Source: Candidatus Eiseniibacteriota bacterium (GTDB taxonomy: Bacteria > Joyebacterota > Joyebacteria > Joyebacterales > Joyebacteraceae). From it: a stretch of 64,000 nucleotides of DNA. Each line of letters starts with the position of its first letter. Position 1 is the first letter of the stretch. Below are positions 57,112 through 64,000 of this stretch, piece after piece. The stretch is taken from contig JBDRIO010000006.1 in NCBI GenBank assembly GCA_043815815.1, positions 24,583-88,582 on the forward strand. Direction: 5' to 3'. The notes under the pieces were generated by a model that saw only the letters and a program-made list of their open reading frames with translations, had not been told where the DNA came from and ran no database searches. Made by a program: the position numbers and the translations under genes.

Positions 57112-57612
57112 TCCTGCTCCTCCTTGAGTCCTGCTCCTGGATACAGTACGGCCTCGCCGGACACGGGTGTCCCTCTTCACGACCAAACACAGGGGACGCG
57201 TCTGATCACGACGGTGCCGACGAGGCTGCTATGAACGGGGTTAGGAAAATTATACAGGAGGAGGACCGGCCCCGGCAAGGCCGGACGGGCGGGGAGCGGC
57301 CGGAGGACCGCCCCCGGCGAGGCTGGAGCGGCCGGAGGCCCGCCTGCGGGCCCGCCCTGAGGAGCGTCTCAGGACCCTGACCTCGCGTCATTAATATCCC
57401 GGGCCTCACTGATTGAGTTTTCAACACAAGAGGTTATAGGTGTATCCTATTGGATAGAGGACAAAAAGACGGAGGCACACAGGGCCTCCGCGGTCTCGCC
57501 CCCGAGACCGGGAGCCGACGACCCGCCTTCTCGCCTGCGCCAGCGGGGCGATCGCCTCCCACGAGCGCGCGTCTTCGTGACGCGGCCACATCCCCTCGAG
57601 GAGAGCGTCGTA

Positions 57613-60600
57613 ATGAGCACGACTTCGCGGAGCTTCCGGGTTCTTGCGTTCTTCCTGCTTGTCTCCCTGGCGGCCACGACTGCGACATGGGCCGACGTCA
57701 TCACGCGGCACTACGAGTTCCCGGAGCCGACCGTCGAAAGCGCCGGAGACTACGTCCGCGTGACGATGGACGGCGCGTGGAGTTACGGTATGCCTGGCGA
57801 GCCTGTCCTGCCCATGGCGCCGGCGCGCATTCTGCTGCCCCCGGGAGAGGTCGCGGTAGACGTGCAGGTCGTCCCGGGCGAGATGGTGGAACTCGGATCG
57901 GGGTTCACGGTCGAGCCGGGCCAGCCCCAGTACCCGCTTTCGTACGACGGCCCCGTGGCTCGCGTCGAGCCCAACTACGCGGGACGCGCGTCGTTCCCCG
58001 CGAGGCTCAGGGACGAACCGAAGACGGGCTTCTTCCGTGGGCACTCCATCGCCAGCTTCGCGCTGCACCCCGTCAGGTTCGAGCCGGAGACGGGCATCGT
58101 CTCATACTACAGGAGCATGGACGTCGTCGTGACGACCGCGCCGGATGAGGCGGCGCGGGAGTCGGCGCGCACGATGCTGCGCGGCGGCGGGGCGTCCGAC
58201 GCCACACTCTCGAGGATGGTCGACAACCCGGAAGGGACCGTCCGGTATCACGGCGCTACCGAGATCGTGGACGCGCAGGGGCTTCTCGAGCCCGATCCGG
58301 CGTACCGGTACGTCATCATCACGACCGACGCGTGGGACGACTACCTCGGTGAGTTCGTGGACTTCCAGACGAAGAGGGGGCTCCAGGCGGGCGTGTTCCT
58401 GAAGTCGTGGATCCTCTCGAGGTACGAGGGCGTCGACGAACCTCAACGGATCCGCAAGTTCATCATCGACGCGTACCGCACGTGGGGCACCGAGTACGTG
58501 CTCCTGGTCGGTGACGCCATGGACCCTGACGGCATCCCGCACCGGGGTCTCTTCGCGAGCAACCTCGACGGCGGGAACACTTCGGAAGGCACCAGGTACG
58601 CAGACAGCGACATCCCGGGTGACATCTACTACGCGGCCCTGGATGGCAACTGGAACAGCGACGGGGACGGCTTCTGGGGCGAGGTGGGTGAGGCCGACCT
58701 CTATCCGGACGTCGCCGTCGGACGCGTCTGCGCGAACGAGTACTGGGAGATCGAGAACTTCACAGACAAGTGCCGGTACTACCAGGAGGACCCCGTCGTG
58801 TCCGAGTGCGACGAGGCGCTCTTCGTCGGGGAGTATCTGTGGCCCGCCACCTACGGCGGCGACTACAAGGACGAGATCCTTCACGGGTCGAGCATGCACG
58901 GATACACGACCGCCGGTTTCCCCGACCGCGTGAACGTCGAGACGCTGTACGAGAAGGACGTCGGGGACTGGCTGCCCAGCACACTCATCACGCTCATGGA
59001 GAACGGCGTCAACATCGTGAACCACCTGGGGCACTGCAACGAGCATCACGTGATGAAGCTCACGCCTCTGGACATCTCGATCTTCCAGAACGACGGCACG
59101 GAGCACACGTTCAACTTCTTCTACAGCCAGGGTTGCTACGGGGGCTCGTTCGACAACAAGGCCGTCGGCGGCTACTACACGTACGACTGCTTCACCGAGC
59201 TGATGGCGGTCGCGAGGGTGGGCGCCGCGGCGGCGATCGCGAACTCGCGGTACGGGTGGGGTGAGCAGGGGGGCACCAACGGCTCGTCGCAGTACTTCGA
59301 CCGCGAGTTCTTCGACGCGATGTTCGGAGAGGGCATTTGGGCCTTGGGCGACGCCAACAACGATTCCAAGGCCGACGTCGTGTGGGCGATCGACTACGCG
59401 GCCAACAGATGGTGCGCGTATCAGCTCAACCTGTTCGGCGACCCCGCGATGCACCTCTGGACCGGTGAGCCCGAGAATCTCACAGTCGAACACCCGATCC
59501 TCATCCTTACCGAGCAGGAACAGATGGACGTGACCGTCAGGCGCCCGTCCGGCGAGCCCGTCGAGGACGCCCGCGTCGCGGTGTACACCGACGACGGCCG
59601 CGTCTACGACAGCGGGGACACCGACGGCCTGGGCGTGAGCTCCTTGAGGGCCTCGACGCCCGTCTCCGGGACGCTCCGCATCAAGGTGACCGCTCACGAC
59701 TTTCTGCCGTACGACTCCACGATCCCCGTGATCTCGGCGACGGAACCCTACCTGAACTTCGTCGGTGAGTTCGTGGACGACGACCAGACGGGTGCGAGCG
59801 ACGGGAACGGTGACGGAATCACGAACGCCGGGGAGACCCTCGAGATCTCCGTCTCCATCGAGAACCTCGGAGGCGGCATCGGGGCGTCCGCCGTCGCCGA
59901 GCTGACGTGCGCGAGCCCGCACGCGACCGTCGTCTCCGCGTCGACGAACTTCGGGGACGTGCCCGCGTCGGCCACTGTGCAGTGCCAGACTCCGTTCGTG
60001 GTGGAACTTGCCTCCGACACACCCGACGGCGAAGAGCTCGAGTTCTCTCTCGTCGTGTCGTCCACCGACAGGCCGGACTGGAACCACGGGTTCGGGTTCG
60101 CGGTGTCGGCGCCTGCGGTCGAGTACGCCGCCCACCACCTGGACGACGACCCCGAGGGAGGCAACGGAAACGGATGCGCGGAAGCGGGCGAGACCGTGAG
60201 TCTCGAACTCATGCTCACGAACGCGGGCAGCGCGGACGCGACAGGCCTCACCGCTTCGCTCTCCACCTCCGACCCGTTCGTGACGGTGAACGACGGGACG
60301 CTCACCGGGACCACCCTGGACTCCGGCGAGACGCTGCTCCTGGAGGGCGCGTACTCGCTGACGCTCCTTCCCGGATGTCCGCAGTCGCACGAGCTTCACC
60401 TGAACGTCGACATCGATGCCGACTGGGGTTACGGCGCCACGGTTCAGGTCGTCGTTCTGACGGGCGGACCGGAGTACGCGGACGACATCGAAGGTGAAGT
60501 GGCGAGCTGGTTCCACGACGTGGTCACGCCGGGCGCGACGGACGCGTGGCACGTCGAGTCATACCGGACTCACTCAGGCAGCCACAGCTGGAAGTTCGGA

Positions 60601-61329
60601 GGCGACGGTTATCAGATCTATCCGCAGTCGTCCGACGGGTACCTGTCGCTCTATCCGATGTGCATCGGCGCGAACGGCGAGCTCCGCTTCTGGGACTGGC
60701 TCCAGGCCGAGGAGGAGAGCGGGACCACGGGATGGGACTGCGCTCTGGTCGAGGTGTCCGCCGACTTCGGAGGAACGTGGGAACTGATAGAGCCCGTGGG
60801 CGGCTACACACACACCAAGGCGTGGACGTCGGGGAATCCGCTTCCTAACGACACGCCCTGCTGGTCGGGGATCCACAACTGGCGCGAGGAGGTTTTTGAT
60901 CTCTCGTCGCTGGCGGGCCAGACCCTCATGTTCAGGTTCAGGTTCACGTCGGACGAGTACGTCGGCTACGAGGGGTGGTACGTCGACGACGTATCGGTCA
61001 CGTTCGACGCCGCGGCGGCGCCGGCGCCCGAAGGCGACAGGGGGATCCCCGGGGACTTCGCGCTCCTGCAGAACGTCCCCAACCCGTTCAATCCCGTGAC
61101 GGCCATCCGCTATGAGCTTCCGGTCGAGGCTCACCTCAGGATAGAGGTGTACAACGTGGCCGGGAGGCTTGTCAGGACGGTCGCCGACGCCCCGGCCGAC
61201 GCCGGATACGGCGAGGTCGTCTGGGACGGCCGCGACGCAACGGGGCACCGCGTCGCGAGCGGCGTCTACCTGTACCGGATGATGGCGGGCGACTTCGAAG
61301 CGAAGAGGATGATGGTCCTCCTCAAGTAG
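57613..61329 (+). CDS. Peptidase C25 (gingipain-like cysteine peptidase) with Ig-like/MAM-like domains and a T9SS C-terminal sorting domain
   Basis: ATG 57613 lies within track ORF 57577..61329. Signal FRVLAFFLLVSLAATTATWA. Propeptide and catalytic region YVLLVGD, VNHLGHCN (His), FFYSQGCYGG (Cys). C-terminal FALLQNVPNPFNPVTAIRYELP...GVYLYRM. Confidence 0.8.
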   Translation: MSTTSRSFRVLAFFLLVSLAATTATWADVITRHYEFPEPTVESAGDYVRVTMDGAWSYGMPGEPVLPMAPARILLPPGEVAVDVQVVPGEMVELGSGFTVEPGQPQYPLSYDGPVARVEPNYAGRASFPARLRDEPKTGFFRGHSIASFALHPVRFEPETGIVSYYRSMDVVVTTAPDEAARESARTMLRGGGASDATLSRMVDNPEGTVRYHGATEIVDAQGLLEPDPAYRYVIITTDAWDDYLGEFVDFQTKRGLQAGVFLKSWILSRYEGVDEPQRIRKFIIDAYRTWGTEYVLLVGDAMDPDGIPHRGLFASNLDGGNTSEGTRYADSDIPGDIYYAALDGNWNSDGDGFWGEVGEADLYPDVAVGRVCANEYWEIENFTDKCRYYQEDPVVSECDEALFVGEYLWPATYGGDYKDEILHGSSMHGYTTAGFPDRVNVETLYEKDVGDWLPSTLITLMENGVNIVNHLGHCNEHHVMKLTPLDISIFQNDGTEHTFNFFYSQGCYGGSFDNKAVGGYYTYDCFTELMAVARVGAAAAIANSRYGWGEQGGTNGSSQYFDREFFDAMFGEGIWALGDANNDSKADVVWAIDYAANRWCAYQLNLFGDPAMHLWTGEPENLTVEHPILILTEQEQMDVTVRRPSGEPVEDARVAVYTDDGRVYDSGDTDGLGVSSLRASTPVSGTLRIKVTAHDFLPYDSTIPVISATEPYLNFVGEFVDDDQTGASDGNGDGITNAGETLEISVSIENLGGGIGASAVAELTCASPHATVVSASTNFGDVPASATVQCQTPFVVELASDTPDGEELEFSLVVSSTDRPDWNHGFGFAVSAPAVEYAAHHLDDDPEGGNGNGCAEAGETVSLELMLTNAGSADATGLTASLSTSDPFVTVNDGTLTGTTLDSGETLLLEGAYSLTLLPGCPQSHELHLNVDIDADWGYGATVQVVVLTGGPEYADDIEGEVASWFHDVVTPGATDAWHVESYRTHSGSHSWKFGGDGYQIYPQSSDGYLSLYPMCIGANGELRFWDWLQAEEESGTTGWDCALVEVSADFGGTWELIEPVGGYTHTKAWTSGNPLPNDTPCWSGIHNWREEVFDLSSLAGQTLMFRFRFTSDEYVGYEGWYVDDVSVTFDAAAAPAPEGDRGIPGDFALLQNVPNPFNPVTAIRYELPVEAHLRIEVYNVAGRLVRTVADAPADAGYGEVVWDGRDATGHRVASGVYLYRMMAGDFEAKRMMVLLK

Positions 61330-61360
61330 GGACTCGAGGCAATCTGTTCGCTCAGGCGCC

Positions 61361-62215
61361 TCAGGCGGTCCGCCTGAGGCGCTTCTCCATGCGGCGCATG
61401 GACGCGAGCCTCTTCCTGTCGAACTCCTGTGTTTCGCCTGGGATCTCGAACACGAACGGCAGTTCCGCAAGCTCCGGGGCTCCGACCAGGTTCCGGAGCG
61501 CGCGCTTGCCCATCCGGCCCTCAGTCCAGAGAGCGTGCTTGTCACGGTGAGAGCCGAGTTCGGCTCCGGAGTCGTTCCCGTGAATGCCGAGGAGGCGCGG
61601 AAGTCCCGGGCCTTCGTCGAACTCCCGCAGCAGGGCGGCGAGCGCGTCGGCGCTCTGCATGTCGTATCCGAGGGCCCAGAGATGCGCAGTGTCCAGGAGC
61701 ACGCCAACGCGCTCCCGGGGGAAGGGCGCGACGAGCGCTGCCAGCTCCCCGAACGTGACGCCGATCTCGGTCCCCTTGCCCGCCCCGCCCTCGACCGCGA
61801 GCACCGCGTCGCCCGGCGCGTCGGCCAGGGCCTTCCCGATCACAGCTATGGCCCGCGCGACGCCGGTCGCGCTCCCGTCGCCCTTGTGGTTGCCGGCGTG
61901 GACGACGACCGGACCGGCCTCGAGTTCGGAGGCCCGCGTCAGGGCGTCGACGAGACCTCGCGTGGAGCGAGCGCGCAGGGCGCGGTCGCCGGAGGCCATG
62001 TTGATGAGATAGGGAGCGTGGACGAGGACGGGCCTGATGCCCGCGGCCGCCACGACCTCGACGAAGCCGTCACGGTCTCTCGGGTCGAGCCGGCCGATGG
62101 TCCAGCCGACGGGGTTCCCGGAGAAGATCTGGCACGCGCTGCAGCCGATGTCGCGGGCGTACTCCGCGGTGGCCGTGAGGCTGCGCTGTCTGGGAACATG
62201 AATGCCGAATCGCAA
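61361..62215 (-). CDS. nfo: Deoxyribonuclease IV / AP endonuclease family 2
   Basis: TTG start. MRFGIHVP, ACQIFSGNPVGW, VVHAGN, LLDTAHLWALGYD, LLGIHGNDS. Confidence 0.88.
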   Translation of the reverse strand: MRFGIHVPRQRSLTATAEYARDIGCSACQIFSGNPVGWTIGRLDPRDRDGFVEVVAAAGIRPVLVHAPYLINMASGDRALRARSTRGLVDALTRASELEAGPVVVHAGNHKGDGSATGVARAIAVIGKALADAPGDAVLAVEGGAGKGTEIGVTFGELAALVAPFPRERVGVLLDTAHLWALGYDMQSADALAALLREFDEGPGLPRLLGIHGNDSGAELGSHRDKHALWTEGRMGKRALRNLVGAPELAELPFVFEIPGETQEFDRKRLASMRRMEKRLRRTA

Positions 62216-62290
62216 GTGCGTCTCCCGTGGCCCGCGGGGCCTCGCAACCGCTTATCCGACGGTCGATTGTATCATGGTAGCGGAAATCCT

Positions 62291-62319
62291 TTGCCTCGCA
62301 ACTTGCTAAGTGGTATAAT
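62291..62319 (+). promoter_or_regulatory. Candidate sigma70-type promoter (TTGCCT-N17-TATAAT) upstream of the second C25 gene
   Basis: Perfect -10 at 62314-62319 and a 17-nt spacer. It would give a leader of about 200 nt before the ATG at 62530. Confidence 0.35.
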
Positions 62320-62529
62320 CTATCGTAGTTTACGGTGATTGTGCCCACGCCGGGCGTACACGCGTGGGCGCGCCCTGTAGTTACGCCTCCGACGCAGACG
62401 TGGCGCCGGAGCGCAGAGACCGGTATGTTCGCGCATGCGCGGGCACGGTACGTGTCCGCGATGAGTAGGGAGTCGGCGCCCGGAGGGCGGGCGCGGACGG
62501 GCTTCCCCCAGAGAGGGAGAGAGGCAGGC

Positions 62530-64000
62530 ATGAGACAGACGTCGTTCGGCTTCGTGAACCTGACGGCCGTTGCGGTCCTGGTTCTGCTGTTCGCAGGAAG
62601 CGCTTCGGCTGACGTGATCTCGCAGCGCTACGACTTCCCGGAGCCCCTGCTTGTCCAGAGCGGCGACCAGGTACGCGTCGAGATGGAAGGCGCCATGACG
62701 TACGGCGACCCGGGCATGCCTGCGCTGCCGATCGCGGGCGCAAGCATCCTCCTGCCGCCGGGCGAAGAGCTCGTGAGCGTCAGGGTCATCCCTGGAGACA
62801 GGGTCGTGCTCGCGGGCGCACACATCGTCGCGCCAGGCCAGCGTCAGTATCCGCTCTCCTTCGTGGGGCCCGTCGCCAGGGACGAAGCCGACTACCAGGG
62901 ACTCGGCCTCTTCCCGGAGGACAGGATGGGCGAGCCGAGCTTCGGTTACTTCCGGGGACACGGCATCGCGAGCGTTGCGCTTCACCCCGTGGAGTACGAT
63001 CCCGCGACCGGCGAGCTCTCGTACTACCGGAGCATGGACGTGGAGGTCACGAGCGCGCCGTCGAGCGAGGCCAGGCTCACGGCGGAGCGCATGCTCAGGA
63101 CGGACGCCGGCACGAGATCGCGCCTCGAGCGTCTGGTCGACAACCCCGCGAAGCGCGCCCAGTACTCGCTCGTCCACGAGGCGCGGCCGGTGAGCAGGGC
63201 CCTCGATCCCTCGCTCGAGTACAAGTACCTCATCGTCACGACCGACTCGTGGGACGACTACCTTGGAACGTACGCCGACTTCCAGACCCAGCGCGGCTAC
63301 AAGGCGGGCATCTATCTCAAGTCGTGGATCGTCTCGAACTACCCCGGCGACGATGACCAGATGAAGATCAGGAACTTCATCATCGACGCGTACAACACGT
63401 GGGACATCGACTACGTGCTCCTAGTCGGAGACGCGCGCGACGCGAACGGCATACCGCACCGGGGCATGTGGAACAACGCCTACGGGGAGACGGAGAACGA
63501 CATCCCCTGCGACCTGTACTACGCGGGTCTGGACGGGAACTGGAACACGGACGGCGACGCTCAGTGGGGCGAGTACAACCCCGAAGAGGCCGACCTCTAC
63601 CCCGAGCTCACGATAGGCCGCGCGTGCGTCGACGACGTCGCCGGAGTCCAGAACTTCGTCAACAAGACGTTCCTCTACGTCGACTCCCCGATCGTCGGCG
63701 AGTGCGACGAGGCGCTCATGGCGGGCGAGCTTCTCTGGTCGAGCCCTCTCACGTACGGTGGGACGTACAAGAACCAGGTGAAGAACGGGTCGTCGGCCGA
63801 CGGGTACACGACGGTCGGCTTCCCCGGCACGATGAACGTCGGCACGCTCTACGACATGGACGCCACGTGGAGCAAGACGACGCTCATCAACATGATGGAG
63901 AGCGGCCTCAACATCGTGAACCACCTCGGCCACTGCAACACGCAGTACTCCATGAAGATGGACAACTCCGACATCCCGTCGTTCGACAACGACGGCACGA
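62530..64000 (+). CDS. Peptidase C25 (gingipain-like) paralog, 3'-truncated by the window edge; not present in the supplied ORF track
   Basis: Hand translation from ATG 62530 gives MRQTSFGFVNLTAVAVLVLLFAGSASADVISQRYDFPEP...YVLLVGD...VNHLGHCN. It is collinear with the 57613 protein and has no stop before base 64000. Confidence 0.8.
   Translation, partial: MRQTSFGFVNLTAVAVLVLLFAGSASADVISQRYDFPEPLLVQSGDQVRVEMEGAMTYGDPGMPALPIAGASILLPPGEELVSVRVIPGDRVVLAGAHIVAPGQRQYPLSFVGPVARDEADYQGLGLFPEDRMGEPSFGYFRGHGIASVALHPVEYDPATGELSYYRSMDVEVTSAPSSEARLTAERMLRTDAGTRSRLERLVDNPAKRAQYSLVHEARPVSRALDPSLEYKYLIVTTDSWDDYLGTYADFQTQRGYKAGIYLKSWIVSNYPGDDDQMKIRNFIIDAYNTWDIDYVLLVGDARDANGIPHRGMWNNAYGETENDIPCDLYYAGLDGNWNTDGDAQWGEYNPEEADLYPELTIGRACVDDVAGVQNFVNKTFLYVDSPIVGECDEALMAGELLWSSPLTYGGTYKNQVKNGSSADGYTTVGFPGTMNVGTLYDMDATWSKTTLINMMESGLNIVNHLGHCNTQYSMKMDNSDIPSFDNDGT

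Noticed and set aside
54997-57190. 515-aa plus-strand ORF (54997..56544) and 621-aa minus-strand ORF (55325..57190)
   Set aside because: They overlap the GNAT-domain gene and bcp in other frames, and they are Arg/Gly/Pro-rich without motifs. The 55051..56565 frame has a balanced composition and a GNAT motif.
58102-60552. 816-aa minus-strand ORF
   Set aside because: It is antisense to the C25 peptidase gene and is a shadow frame.

Overview
This is a visibly GC-rich bacterial window (about two-thirds G+C by eye, not computed). It opens inside dnaA and carries the classic origin-proximal set dnaA-dnaN-recF-DUF721-gyrB-gyrA. I saw no rRNA, tRNA, CRISPR array, transposase or integrase. Several secreted proteins end in T9SS/FlgD-Ig-type C-terminal sorting domains, which suggests an FCB-superphylum-like organism; that is inference only. 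Many long Arg/Gly/Pro-rich ORFs in the six-frame track are shadow frames typical of high-GC DNA and were rejected.

Main content in order:
- Replication genes. gyrB carries an in-frame Lys/Ala/Ser-rich, histone-H1-like N-terminal extension of about 170 aa.
- A cation-diffusion-facilitator membrane domain fused to an SPFH/HflK-like domain, followed by hflC and hflK.
- A 17-gene, single-strand cluster (13.6-27.7 kb). It encodes a group-4 membrane-bound [NiFe]-hydrogenase (NuoB/C/D/H/I-like subunits with intact Ni-Fe cysteine motifs), a full Mrp/Mnh antiporter module, a HycB-like ferredoxin, an FdhH/NuoG-like molybdopterin protein with no obvious Cys/Sec ligand, and a HydB/HydG-like NAD(P)-linked module.
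- A five-gene module (32.5-43.1 kb), which I consider the best candidate for an undescribed system. It holds two signal-peptide-bearing TPR-CHAT caspase-like proteases, two paralogous FecR-like secreted proteins, and a translationally coupled CHASE2-sensor/PP2C (SpoIIE) phosphatase.
- Housekeeping and accessory genes: pepF, GNATs, nucleoside phosphorylase and hydrolase, hydrogenase maturation protease, hflX, transketolase with a Lys-rich C-terminal tail, bcp, nfo.
- T9SS cargo, including two paralogous C25 (gingipain-like) peptidases. The second runs off the window end and is absent from the ORF track.

All domain calls come from motif recognition by eye. None has been verified by search.
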